64,000 bases of DNA, taken from Octopus vulgaris (taxonomy: Eukaryota). The stretch covers positions 64,914,001-64,978,000 of the forward strand of contig OX597833.1 in assembly GCA_951406725.2 (NCBI GenBank), written 5' to 3'. The notes beneath the pieces are model-generated. The model saw only the letters and a program-made list of their open reading frames with translations, was not told where the DNA came from and ran no database searches. Of this stretch, positions 1 through 13,412 are shown one piece after another; position 1 is the stretch's first letter; each line of letters opens with the position of its first letter. Both the position numbers and the translations under genes were made by a program.

Positions 1-199
1 TTTTCCCTACAGTGTTATCTCCCCTACACTTCTCATAATTCTGATTTATTTTATTTTCTCCTAGATTATTCACAGCTCTTTGATATATATATATAACTTT
101 TCTATACCGTTCCATAGATCATTCATAGTTTTTAGCAGCTGATAAAATAAGTAAATACAACCACATCTTCATATTTTTATTTACTATTTAAAAAAAAAA

Positions 200-520
200 A
201 TTATATTTATTTTATTAACCGTTTTTCGTAAACATCTAATAAAATATCCATCTACAAGTTTAAATACACTCATCTCTTTCTATAAAAGATTAGAATATTA
301 TTTACATAAAACATTTTTTTATTATAAAATTTATAGTTTATATACCACAAACTATATATAATTGCTATTAAACATTTTTTTAAAAACTAATATCTAAGCC
401 GTATTGATTATTGATGGTTAAATATGAATTTTAGTCACCAGTATTTAAAATTCCATACTCCCTGTTTTGGTGATGCTTTTTCCGTTAAATAAAAGCCCTC
501 CTGTTTATTGACTTCATATA
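200..520 (-). mobile_element. Highly decayed possible Penelope-like RT fragment
   Basis: Minus-strand frames give FNGK..HQ and VFKLVDGYFI, resembling the FNxxxYxQ and YVDD RT motifs; many stops and frameshifts. Confidence 0.3.
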
Positions 521-574
521 TGGCAGTTTAAAATTAGCTCCTTTATACTAATCTATAGAGAGAATGTAACCCTT

Positions 575-930
575 ACTCTTTTCTCTTTTTTAGTCTTTTA
601 CTTGTTTCAGTCATTTGACTGCGGCCATGCTGGAGCACCGCCTTTAGTCGAGCAAATCGACCCCGGGACTCATTCTTTGTAAGCATCGGTTGTCAGCATC
701 GGTTGTCAAGCAATGCTGGGGGGACAAACACAGACACACAAACACACACATACATATATATATATACATATATACGACAGGCTTCTTTCAGTTTCCGTCT
801 ACCAAATCTACTCACAAGGCATTGGTCGGCCCGGGGCTATAGTAGAAGACACTTGCCCAAGCTGCCACGCAGTGGGACTGAACCCGAAACCATGTGGTTG
901 GTAAGCAAGCTACTTACCACACAGCCACTC
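575..930 (-). mobile_element. tRNA-derived SINE family A, internally deleted
   Basis: Minus-strand head GAGTGGCTGTGTGGTAAG...GGTTCAGTCCC (A/B-box-like), internal TA/TG microsatellite, AGTAAAAG-type tail; matches 7060-7476 and 49932-50393. Confidence 0.85.
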
Positions 931-1029
931 TGATCCCTAAAATATGCTTGGTCTGGTTACTATAATATAACGGCGTTATCTATTATAAATGTTAGTGATA
1001 CAGAATCAGTTTTCGACGATATCAAATAG

Positions 1030-1440
1030 TGTTATCAAATAGCAAATAATTGCTCTGAAGTATAAATTTTTACGATTCAAGCATAAAGACTTGATTTATG
1101 CTTCCGAAAGTGCTTCAGCGTCCTTTTCCAACTAGAATGTTATTGCTTCTATTCCGTAGTCATGTGGGATGTTTGTGTAAAGATTAATAATATCGAAGGA
1201 AACCAATAAGGTCGCTTCATTAGTTGTTTTTCTTAGGTCCTCTACCATGTCCAGGTCGTCTCTAATAAACGTTTTGATGTATTTCAGCAAGGGTTTCTGT
1301 AGGATGTTTAGGAAATGGCTTAGGCGTTGGGTTTTACAGGTTGGGCCAGCTATTATGGGTCTTAATTTTTAGCCTTCTGGTGCTTGGATATTTATGTATT
1401 TGCCTGGTGATTGTTTGCAGGTTCCATTAAGTATCTTGCT
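1030..1440 (-). mobile_element. Penelope-like element reverse transcriptase remnant
   Basis: Minus translation LRPIIAGPTCKTQRLSHFLNILQKPLLKYIKTFIRDDLDM...LLVSFDIINLYTNIPHDYGIEAI matches the PLE RT motifs RPII and SFDxxxLYTNIP; in-frame stops present. Confidence 0.85.
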
Positions 1441-1581
1441 CTAGTGTATTTTATGTAGACATAACGTTTCTCATTTCTTTATTGCCCACAACGGGCTAAA
1501 CTTTAATAAGAAGGGTTGCAAAATTTCACAGCTCTAGCACAACTCCTTGGTCACCCTATGAATTTTTCGGAGAATAAAATT

Positions 1582-1755
1582 ATTCTTTTCTACTCTAGGC
1601 ACATGGCCCGAAATTTCGGCTGAGGGGACTAGTCGATTAGATCGACACCAGTACGCAACTGGTACTCAATTTACCGACCACTAAGGGATAAAAGGCAAAG
1701 TCGACCTCGGCGGAATTTGAACTCAGAACGTAGCGGCAGAGGAAGTAGCGCTAAG
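1582..1755 (-). mobile_element. SINE family B fragment
   Basis: Reverse complement of the TTCTGAGTTCAAATTCCGCCGAGGTCGACTTTGCCTTT core seen at 4017-4790 and 8100-8552. Confidence 0.8.
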
Positions 1756-2059
1756 TATTCTAAAAAAGACTAGGTTTACATTTAAAGTTCGTGATGTAAT
1801 CTATTTCTTTTTCCCTCAGGTCTTTTCCATGTAGAAGTATCAGGCACGAAAGGAAATGAGGAGCGTGGAAGAGTAAAAGCATTTGAGAAGGGAAAATGGT
1901 CGGCGAGGAGTGAACGGGCCCAGTGGGAATGTGATTGTGTCATACGTGTTATAATCTTATTGGTGTGTGTGTGTGTGTATGTGCGTGTATCCGTGTTTTG
2001 AGACATAAGGTTTTGAGGCATAAGGTCGTGTACTGTGCTTACATGTATGAGGTTGTGTC

Positions 2060-2295
2060 ACATGTGACGTGATCACCGCACCATCAGATGTTGTTACATA
2101 TCGCTGGTCACGATGTTCTTAGCATTGTTTAAGCCTTCAAATGACTCCACCCCGCTGGCTATGCAGCATGCCAGCATTCCCGCTCAGATTGAGAAGGCGA
2201 CTGGGGCAACGTGAAATGAAGTGTTTTGCTCAAGAACCCAACGCGGCGCCCAGTCGTGAATTCAACAGCGTAACCCCTAGGCCACGTGCCTTCAC
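2060..2295 (-). mobile_element. tRNA-derived SINE, family C-related, diverged
   Basis: Shares GCAACGTGAAATGAAGTGTTTTGCTCAAGAAC with 13413-13670. Confidence 0.65.
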
Positions 2296-2526
2296 ATGCA
2301 GATGTGGGCTATAATTAAATTAAAGTAGCATGGGGTTACTGACTCGAGGCATATTATGTGTGCACCTTTGAATGTGACTATGTGTTTGCATGTATGTTTG
2401 TGCTTAATAGCCAAGTGTATGTTTTGAGTGTGAGTAATTAAGGGGGTAAGTGCAGGCTTGAGTTTGATGTAAAAAGGGAAGGCATGTTTAAATGATGCTG
2501 ATGGAAGTATAAATAACTGTTTGATG

Positions 2527-2960
2527 TAATAGCAACATATGGATGCGAGACCTGGACACTAAAGAAAGCTGACCAGAAGAGAATTAATGCATTCGAGCTT
2601 TGGTGTTGGAGAAGACTTTTACGGATTCCATGGACAGCGAGGCTCACCAATGGAGACGTTCTTAACCAGATCAAGCAGAAACTATCGCTAGAATCTGGGA
2701 TCACCAAGCGTAGATTGGCATATTTCGGTCATATTATCCGGAGAGAATCCCTGGAGAAGGACATCATGCTCGGAATGGTCAGTGGCAAGAAAGGGAGAGG
2801 CCGACCAAGAACCCGCTTGCTTGACACCATCAGGAGTAATACCGGAATGGACATGGCCAGTCTGAAGGAAGCGGCCCAGGATAGAACTGACTGGAGGAGG
2901 AGGACACTGATCCAACGAGTGACCGAGAGTCGACTTCGACTGAGCGGATAGAGAGAGAGG
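2527..2960 (+). mobile_element. RTE-clade LINE 3' end (5'-truncated)
   Basis: Open frame YGCETWTLKKADQKRINAFELWCWRRLLRIPW...YFGHIIRRESLEKDIMLGMVSGKKGRGRPRTR...AQDRTDWR typical of the RTE C-terminus; stop at 2951 followed by a short GA tail. Confidence 0.9.
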
Positions 2961-3024
2961 TGTAAACAAGAAAGGAGAAAGAGAACCACAATACAACAAA
3001 GGTGCAATAAAATATATGGATGGA

Positions 3025-3240
3025 AGCACTCCGTCGGTTACGACGATGAGGGTTCCGGTTGATCCGAATCAACGGAACAGCCTGCTCGTGAAATTAACGT
3101 GTAAGTGGCTGAGCACTCCACAGACACGTGCACCCTTAACGTAGTTCTCGGGGATATTCAGTGTGACACAGAGAGTGACAAGGCCGGCCCCTTGAAATAC
3201 AGGTACAACAGAAACAGGAAGTAAGAGTGAGAGAAAGTTG
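3025..3240 (-). mobile_element. SINE family D, 3' part
   Basis: Reverse complement of the 3' half of the full copy at 57821-58141. Confidence 0.8.
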
Positions 3241-4016
3241 AATAAAATATATAAGGGTAAAGCGAATATAGTAACTAGGATGTCTAAAATCTCTTTAAGG
3301 TAAAATATCTCTCTTTCTCTCCCTTTCGACAAGGACCTGTATTGATAGCGTTAGGCTACGACTAATATTATTGGGTGTTGACGCGTGACCGACTTTCGCA
3401 CACATATTTGCTCCTCTGTCACGGACGAGATCTGATATGAAATAAATGCTCAATAATTAGAGCTTGTTCTGTTTCAAATTTAAAACGAAATTTTTGTAAC
3501 TTTCATTTTACTGCCTTTTTGTCGTTTGTATTTTTTTTTTATATATATATATATATATACATATATTTATTTTTCCTTATCCACCTCGCTAGGAAAGTAA
3601 ATTCCAAAAGACCTGTGATTGCCGAGATCAAAGGCGCGTTTTTATTTGATTTTGTCATTAATACCTTGTATTGCTTGACTGATTGGAAAGCTCAAATAAA
3701 ATCTTAAAAGTAGAGACAAAAAAACATTAACAACTACAACATTTATATGCTAATATAGGAGTTATATATCTATATACTTGTTTCAATATAGAGATTAAAG
3801 TCGGCACCTGGGGAGATCGCCGATTTAATGGGCTTTTAAGGAGTATTGTACTGATGTAGTTACTCGCTACCGAATCATAAAGCTAGAAGTTAACAAGCCA
3901 GTCGAGGGAAGCTGTTTAAACGTCGTTTAACTTGCTAGAAATAGCAGGCAGCTCACGCTTAAGTCACACCATATTGTCAAAAGAGTAAGGATCTATTCAA
4001 TAATTTTAATCTACGA

Positions 4017-4790
4017 AGGCAGCGAGCTGGTAGAAACGTTAGTACGCCGGGCGAAATGCTTAGCGGTATTTCGTCCGCCGCTACATTCTGAGTTCAAATT
4101 GCGCCGAGGTCGATTTTACCTTTCATCCTTTCGGGGGTTGATTAAATAAGTACCAGTTACGCACTGGGGTCGATATAATCGACTTAATCCGTTTGTCTGT
4201 CCATGTTTGTCCTCTCTGTCTTTAGCCCCTTATGGGTAGTAAATAAATAGGCCGCTATTTGAGTTCAAATTCCGTCGATTTTACCTTTCATCCTTTCGGG
4301 ATCGATTAAATAAGTACCAGTTACGCACTGTGGTCAATATAATCGACTTAATCCGTTTGTCTGTCCATGTTTGTCCTCTCAGTGTTTAGCCCCTTATGGG
4401 TAGTAAATAAATAGGTATTTCGTCTGGCGCGGCGGGCGAAATGCTTAGCGGTATTTCGACTGCCGCTACGTTCTGAGTTCGAATTCCGCTGAGGTCGACT
4501 TTACCTTTCATTCTTTCGGGGTCGATTAAATAAGTACCAGTTACGCACTGGGGTCGATATATTCGACTTAATCCGTTTGTCTGTACTTGTTTGTCCCCTC
4601 TGTGTTTGGCCCCTTGTGGGTAGTAAAGAAATAGGTATTTCGTTTGTCTTTACGTTCTGAGTTCAAATCCCGGCGAGGTTGACTTTGCCGTTTATCACTT
4701 CGGCGTCAGTAAATTAACTATCAGTTGAGTATTGGGATCGATCTAATCGACTGGCCCCCTACCCCCAAATTTCGGGCCAGAGTAGAAAAG
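4017..4790 (+). mobile_element. SINE family B with internally tandem-repeated body (about 4 units)
   Basis: Head AGGCAGCGAGCTGGTAGAA; GAGTTCAAAT...GTACCAGTTACGCACTG unit repeated; flanked by an approximately 18-bp imperfect target-site duplication AATAAT(T/G)TTA(A/T)TCTACGA. Confidence 0.85.
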
Positions 4791-4803
4791 AATAATGTTA
4801 TTC

Positions 4804-5260
4804 TACGAGGGAGGGCGGAGAAATGCATAGGGTGACGATGAAGGAGTTGTGCTAGAGCTGTAAAATTTTGAAACCCTTCTTATTAAAGAGTGTGTTGTTT
4901 CTTTCCAGGTAAACTGATATTTGACCGTTCAAAGAAGACTTCAAAAGTCACTAGTAGCGACTTCTCTTGAAAATCGACGAAAGTGGCATCGTGGGGTTAT
5001 CGAGGTTCTGCAGAGAAACAGTTTGGCTCCAAATAACATTCATACTGATATGTTTGTTGCATACGAAGATTGGCTAAAAATCAAATAGTCAATGGTGAGA
5101 GCATATCTCAAATGAGAGTTGAGTATCTTCTCGAAGGTACAAAATAAAAAAAAAAAATAATAATACAGGATTTTCACGGGTGGAACGCCTTCCTTAATAA
5201 TTCTGTGCGACCAGGGCTGCCTTGCGGGTAAATAACATGAGCAGCAACTACAATTAACCA
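4804..5260 (+). mobile_element. Mariner element 5' remnant (TIR start plus HTH region)
   Basis: Starts TA-CGAGGG (mariner-type terminus); frame HRGVIEVLQRNSLAPNNIHTDMFVAYED resembles the mariner N-terminal HTH. Confidence 0.6.
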
Positions 5261-5376
5261 TAACATTGCAGGTTAAGAAATTACCCGGTTATCATTACAA
5301 GTACAGGTGAAACATTTTTCATATATATATATATGGATATGTATATATATGTGTATGTATGTGTCTCTGAGAGTGA

Positions 5377-5469
<93 letters not shown>

Positions 5470-5624
5470 CATATACATATATACATACATACACACACAC
5501 CCACTCTCAAAGACACACTTATATATATATCACGTGCTTCATCATGTCTGACCCGAAGCTAAGCACCAAAACATTCAAGATAAGGAGAACGTTTTAAGTT
5601 AAGAGAACACCTGCAACTATTGCT

Positions 5625-6792
<1,168 letters not shown>

Positions 6793-7059
6793 TTCCTTAT
6801 TCTTTTTTATCCTTGCAGATGTTACTAACGTTGTATCCCACTTTATTTATTCTGAGGGCAACGCCTGAGGTGGCACTGGTGCCATTTCTCTATCTATCGT
6901 TCCTTTCGATTATTATATAGGCAGGTCGTGAGTTACACAAATATCCCCCAAGTCATATCTCGGCAGAGAAAGGGAGAGATTCCCATGAGGCATGCTGACA
7001 GAATGGGGTAGCAAAGTCGATTTACTATCGAATGTTTTACAATCTCAGGAAACATGCAG

Positions 7060-7216
7060 AGGCGCAGGAGTGGCTGTGTGGTAAGTAGCTTGTTTACGAA
7101 CTACTTGGTTCCGGGTTCAGTCCCACTACATGGCACCTTGGGCAAGTGTCTTCTACTATAGCCTTGTGAGTGGATTTGGTAGACGGAAAACTGAAAAGAA
7201 GCCCGTCGTATATATG

Positions 7217-7258
<42 letters not shown>

Positions 7259-7476
7259 AGTTTGTATATCTGTGTTTGTCCCCCCAACATCCATTGACAA
7301 CCGATGCTGGTGTGTTTACGTCCCCGTCACTTAGCGGTTCGGCAAAAAGAGACCGATAGAATAAGTACTGGGCTTACAAAGAATTAGTCATGGGGTCGAG
7401 TTGCTCGATTAAAGGCGGTGCTCCAGCATGGCCGCACTCAAATGACTGAAACAAGTAAAAAGTAAAGAGTGAAGAG
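7060..7476 (+). mobile_element. SINE family A, near full length
   Basis: AGGCGCAGGAGTGGCTGTGTGGTAAG head, GGTTCAGTCCC B-box-like motif, internal (TA)n(TG)n, AGTAAA tail. Confidence 0.9.
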
Positions 7477-7904
7477 CGGTTTCTTTGGCCATGCAATTTT
7501 ATTGACAAATCCAAAGCTTCTGCTTGTGTTTTTTGCTTTAAAGCTCGAAACGCTGAATAATCTCTAGATTTTCGCAGTTTGTCGTGGTGACAGATTGCAA
7601 TTTTCGGGTGTCATCTTGGAACAATCTCTGATCAATAAATCAATCTATTTACAGGAGTATTGATTATCTTTAATTCTTTTATGGACACGGAAGTTGCACA
7701 AAAGACTTCACGGACGTATAAAACCATAACTGCAACCAACTATCGAGCTACTTTCAATTAATTTTCTGCCATACATAAAGCGAAATTATTCACAAATATT
7801 CTACACTACTTCACAAATTTAATTTTAATGATAAACCCGGCTTTAACACATTAAATCCAACTGGAGCTCAAATAGATTTAGTAAACAAAATATATCCAAA
7901 CATT

Positions 7905-8552
7905 TTGGTACTTGGCCAGTAATTTCGGGGGCGGGACGAAGTCAATTACATCGACCTCATTGCTCAATTGGTGCTATTTTATGACAGCCGAAGGAACGTA
8001 AAAGTGGACGAAATGCCGCTAAGTAGTCTGCCCACCGTGCTAACGAATCTGCTAGCTTGTCGCCATGAGATACTAAGACATTAATAACAGAATCAGAAAG
8101 AAGGCGGCGAGCTAGCAGAAACATTAGCCCTCCGGGCGAAATACTTAGCGGTATTTCGTCTGTCTTTATGTTCTGAGTTCAAATTCCGCCGAGGTCGACT
8201 TTGCCTTTCATCCTTTCGGGGTCGATTAAATAAGAACCAGTTACGCACTGGGGTCGATATAATCGACTTAACCCGTTTCTCTGTCCTTGTTTGTCCTCTG
8301 TGTTTAGCCCCTTGTAGGCAATAAAGAAATAGGTATTTCGTCTGTCTTTACGTTTTGAGTTCAAATTCCACCGAGGTAGACTTTGCCTTTCATTATTTCA
8401 GGGTCGATAAAGTAAATATCGGATGCGTGGCGGGGTCGATCTAACCGACTGGGCCCTCCCCCAAAATTTTGGGCCTTGTTGCATACTGGAGTCAATCTAA
8501 TCGACTGGCACCCTCCCCAAAATTTCGGGTCTTGTGCCTAGAGTAGAAACGA
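7905..8552. mobile_element. Two divergent SINE family B copies (minus 7905-8065, plus 8100-8552)
   Basis: TCTGCTAGCTTGTCGCC and GGCGGCGAGCTAGCAGA heads face apart; the plus copy carries the full B core with a repeated tail. Confidence 0.8.
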
Positions 8553-8589
8553 ATGACAGAATCAGAAAAAACATGTAAACTGCTGTAAT

Positions 8590-9790
8590 GAACATATATC
8601 AGCATTTTTGCAGAATGGTTTAACAATATTTAAAATATGTATAGAACAATTTAATATAATAGATTTCTATCCTTCGATACGAAGATCCTTACTCGATAAG
8701 CCAGCTGACCCCTCCATGAAAAGTCTACGTTGTCCATACAAAAATTGATGTTATCACGCTTACTAGAAAAGCTTCTATTCTGTACAGCTTCAGCGAACAA
8801 GATGACTTATTTCATGTGTCGAGAGGATGGCTTGATACTGAGGATATTTGTGACCCAGTAGTTCTTTTTATAGTAAATATACTAAGATCTAAGTTCCACT
8901 CCAATGACATTGGTTAATTTTATGACGGTGGATTTGGCTTATCTCTTAGCTATGATGGACATGCGCTTGATGAGTAAATAGCCTAGTAAATCACGGTGAC
9001 CCTTAACCCCTCTAATGTCGATTTCGCAGATTTTTCTCTCGACCTAAAATTGTGCTCTTCCGAGCTCTACAATAAACCTCACAAAGAACTCACGTATACA
9101 CATAAACAGTCATATCACCCTCCATCCGTTATAGTTTCTAAAACATCCTGTAGCCAATATCGGCAAAAGAATATCTAATCGCTCATCTTTTAAGGAAATA
9201 TTCGATAAAGTAGCTTCTCTACTTTAATAACGTTCAGACTAACAGTGGTTTAAAAGAGTCGATAGCTTACGAATCTGCTAGCTTGTCGCCTTGAGATACT
9301 AAGACATTAATAACAGAATCAGAAAGAAGGCGGCGAGCTAGCAGAAACATTAGCCCTCCGGGCGAAATACTTAGCGGTATTTCGTCTGTCTTTATGTTCT
9401 GATAAGATCTACTGAAATTTAGAGACGACGCGACGTTTTCATTAAATATAAACATATAAGCGAGTTTCTCTTATCTAACTGGAAAACACTGCCATCTCCG
9501 AATTGAGCATGCAATTACACAAACCTTCATCTTTCCCTGTCAAATTAACTATTCAAACGGGTCAAACGTACAGAATTCTTATATATCATCCCTCAATGCT
9601 CCTTTTTTTTTCGTTCGCTTTTAATTTCCTCTTTATTTCTCCTTTTTGTTTTTATCACATTTTGTCAGAGAGTAACTGTGTAATCCTTAAGCCTCAGTGA
9701 TTGCCTGATAATACGCGGTACGTTATACATGCTCACCCAACTATTGTATTATCAAAGGTATAAAACTTACTGTGGCTCGCATTAAATCAT
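8590..9790 (+). mobile_element. Penelope-like element remnant (RT, probable GIY-YIG relic, 3' terminal module)
   Basis: FNIIDFYPSI; LFHVSRGWLDTEDICDPVVLFIVNIL...NDIG*FYDGG (cf. DVTMGSYDGAEICELVGLF...IGLYRDDG); VDFADFSLDL...YNKPHKELTYTHKQSYHPPSVI. Ends in a degenerate HHR next to (TA)n. Confidence 0.85.
9690..9777 (+). ncRNA. Degenerate hammerhead-like motif at PLE 3' end
   Basis: Stem I AGCCTCA/TGTGGCT and long stem II TGCCT-GATAATAC/GTATTATC-AGGTA retained; core decayed to GTGAT...AAAA. Confidence 0.4.
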
Positions 9791-9799
9791 GTATGTATA

Positions 9800-9873
<74 letters not shown>

Positions 9874-9918
9874 TACATGCATATATATATACATATACAT
9901 ATACATATGCATACATAC

Positions 9919-9986
<68 letters not shown>

Positions 9987-11419
9987 TAGATATATACATA
10001 TATATTTGTATTCTAAATTACATTTGTCATCCCATCATTCTTCTTCTGTTTAAATTTTAGCAAGGAATCGAAAATAAACGAATATTCTCAGAATAACCTA
10101 AGATTCTACAAACACAGTTGCGTTCATGCTTGACTGATTAATATTCATCACAAATAGTTTCCAGCAGATACCATTGCCATATATCTTCTGGAATTAGCTA
10201 TCACCTTGCCAAAACAATATCCAAATATCGACTTTTGCTATAATTTCTCACAAACGAAATATTTTGGTACGTTTGCCAAAAATGTTTTTACAGATTGTTG
10301 AAATTTATTTGGTCAGGAGTAGGAATAAAATAAGAATAAAGACTAAAGAACAAAGATTATTGATTTCAGGTGTATTGTTTCAGATTGGCAACAGCGTTAG
10401 AGTATCAGCAACAAAGCGCTTTGTCGGAATTGTTCCGGTTCTTTAAGTTCTGGGTTCAAATACCATTGGGATCAAATTTCCTTTTTATCCTTCCGTGATC
10501 GATAAAATAAAAACACCAACCAAAGATGTGAATTAATTTCATCGATTGTTCTGCTTCTCAAACTAAATTTATGGTCCTGCGCTCATTAAAAAAAAAGAAA
10601 CTATTATTATTGTTGTTGTTCTTTGTTCTGTTCTTGATCGTTGTGAGCAATCGGGCTCCACATATGCTGACGACTGCCATGTTTTTATATTGATTGTTAT
10701 AACTTATTTGATCCACTGATCTCAATGACGTTATCGCTTTCTTTCGCATGGTCTTTTTAAAATGTAAAAACCTTTGATGGTATTTTGTCTTTACCTTAGA
10801 TAATTAATTGCATGTATACGTTCATTTCATTTGTTTCTCAGTTCACGCTATTGCCAATTTAAATATCTACTGCATGATTTTTCGTCTGTATTTATTGGAT
10901 CGAAATAAAGAGGAGAGCAGCCATGATATTGGTGACCTGGCGAGAATACCGAGGTGGATGAAGTTATTATACCATTTACTCTGTTGCAAACTGATATCTT
11001 ACAGGAATTATATGAGCAGACGGAGATTCCATAGAGAATGTATCGGCAATGATATAAAGATAAGTATACGGTCAGATAAATGCGACAGAGTGACATTAAG
11101 AAAAGTCAAATTAACCAGCGCTGTGATTATAGCATTTGATACAGAGATATGAAAGTTGTAGGAATAGATGGAGAAAAAAACATATAGTAGGTATTCACAA
11201 TGGCAATACAATGTATAGAAATGAAAAAGAAGATTAGTAAATCATTCTGCATAAGAGTTATACTAATATTAATAACTGAACTCATTGATCGAAAGAAGAT
11301 AATAGACGTGCGATAGGAGAGTCTCGTAGTCCAAGAAAGACAGTTCTGTAATTTCTTGCGGAATAATCTGCAGAAAAATAGTGTATGTAGTGATTAAATA
11401 TATGCGTTGCACATTAACT

Positions 11420-11610
11420 CACCCCTCCATCAAATCGACGTTGCATGATCATGTGCATCGTATACCACGCGTCAGGTGTCAACATTATCAATGAGCGACA
11501 TGAGATGAAGTGTTTTGCTCAAGAACACAACGTACCACCCGGCCCAAGAATTAAAACCATCATTTCCCGTTCGTATATGCAATGCCCTAACAATTAGGTC
11601 ATGCTCCCTA
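11420..11610 (-). mobile_element. SINE fragment, family C-related
   Basis: GATGAAGTGTTTTGCTCAAGAACACAACG core. Confidence 0.6.
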
Positions 11611-11866
11611 GGAGATGATAAGATGCAAATACACTAACCATGCCATTTATAATTGCTGCTTAAATATATTACACTGGAGGCGAAAGGAGTAGCATTTTAA
11701 AACCAAATATATACCCACGGTCCACCCAAGCTGTAGGTGAAAATAACAAGCGTAGGAGTAGAGAAATACATAGAAACAAAGCATGAAAAACTGGGCAATG
11801 TAAAACTGCACAAGGAAGAGAAATAATACATTTCTAAATCTCTCAGAGAGATGTATGCAGTAGCAG

Positions 11867-12060
11867 TACGATAAAGGGATAATATGTTGTCAACTTAATG
11901 CCGCAGTCTCATGAAAGGGAAGAATGCTACTGTTATTTAGCCCTAGGAAACACCGTTTCCTGTCGGATTTAACACATTACCTGTGTCATAAATAAGAGTA
12001 GCGTTATTCTCTTTCATGGGACTGTCACATTAAGTTGACAACATAGTTTCACTTTATGTA
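11867..12060. mobile_element. MITE with about 69-bp terminal inverted repeats
   Basis: 11871-11939 is the ungapped reverse complement of 11989-12057 (about 58/69 by eye); 49-bp spacer; TA near both ends. Confidence 0.8.
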
Positions 12061-13412
12061 CAAGGAAGAGTTAAAGTAGAAACCAGAGGCGATAACAACA
12101 CAACCTGAGATGGTTGAAGACACAAAGAGACGGAAAACAAATAAATTTCGTCGCCAATAATAAAGCCAAGACCAAGAACGTACTAAAAGCTCTGATCCAA
12201 AAATCGGTCGGGGAGGATTGATTCTGGTTGAACAATACCAATGCCCGATTGCAACAAAATATTGAAAAGGCACCCAAGCAGTACACGTACGATGTGCCAC
12301 CCGTATAAAGCAACTGCTTACATCATCTCTGCGTGTCAAGTCCTTTTTTTGAAATCTGAATACTTAAACAGATTTGATCGAGTTGACAGTTATGTTTATT
12401 TGGAAGTATACCGATTCTTCGCCGTTGCAACACACATGAAGGTGATAAAACATGTACCGACATGATGCATAACCACACCCTGATCATAGCCGTAGTCATC
12501 TGGGATACGAGGGAAATGAAAATTTATCTGGACGTAAAAATCACGGCCTAACAAAAGAAACGCATACACACTAATAAATGGGAACATCCTGCTCACCAAA
12601 ATATTACCCTCAAAAGGGGAAAGAACTATCACAATAGCTGGTGCTTGAAATTGAATATTTATCATGTAGGGCTTTGAAGGGAAAAGTGGTATCATTAATA
12701 ATACACCAACAAATATATCAGCAAATTCACAGAGGCCATATCAGGACAAAAAATACACTAAGAAGCGTTTGTATTCTTGGTGAGACATTAACCGATTCAG
12801 TAGCGCAAATGAAATACAGGAACTTCACATACAAAACATATCATACGCAATGAAGCAGGAAATCAAATAAAGGGGCGCAATTCATGCATGAAACACTCTT
12901 CAAAATGAATTCCCAATAAAATAATAACAACTCGTATTACACACAAGCAATACACGGCCGAGCAAATACTATTATAACACAAGAAGTAAAGAAGTTAAAC
13001 TTCCATGGCAGAAAGAAAAAGAGAATATTGATATTATATAATAAGTGTCCATACTCCACCACTCAGCCCAGATATAAGAAAACACAGTACTCAGCACACT
13101 TCAGGAACAAGGAAATGCGCCGAGTGGAGCATTAGAAACTAGGATTGTATTACCAAAGTAATAATGATGACAATGAGCTTTTATTTCGACACCAAGGTAG
13201 TAACATTTGCGGATAGAGGATAGTCAATACCATGCACCACAATAATTTCGGACTGAGGAGCCATGATGTCGAAGAGAAGATACAAAAATAAAGCAACTAT
13301 CAGGAATCAGTAAGTTTTGCAGGCAGGTGAGATTAACAAAACAGGTGAGATGAACAATGGAAAAACAAACACAAAAGTATATAATTTAAAATAACAACAG
13401 AGATTAAATATA

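Larger units (their letters stand above)
10870..12800 (+). mobile_element. R4/Dong-like non-LTR retrotransposon remnant (RT plus RLE region)
   Basis: GNDIKISIRSDKCDRVTLRKVKL (cf. DIRMEFGLDKCAKATFKRGKL); GLILVEQYQ...MCHPYKATAYIISACQVLFLKSEYLNRFDRV (cf. CCHC region ETxxHIISGCxxLxxxEYxxRHDxV); YQQLVLEIE. Interrupted by a SINE and a MITE. Confidence 0.75.

Noticed and set aside
10808-11152. Possible Cys-loop (nAChR-like/chemotactile) receptor exon (RLYLL...RIPRWMKLLY)
   Set aside because: The same frame continues into an R4/Dong RT motif (DIxxxxxxDKC), colinear with downstream retrotransposon motifs; no TM4 or other exons.
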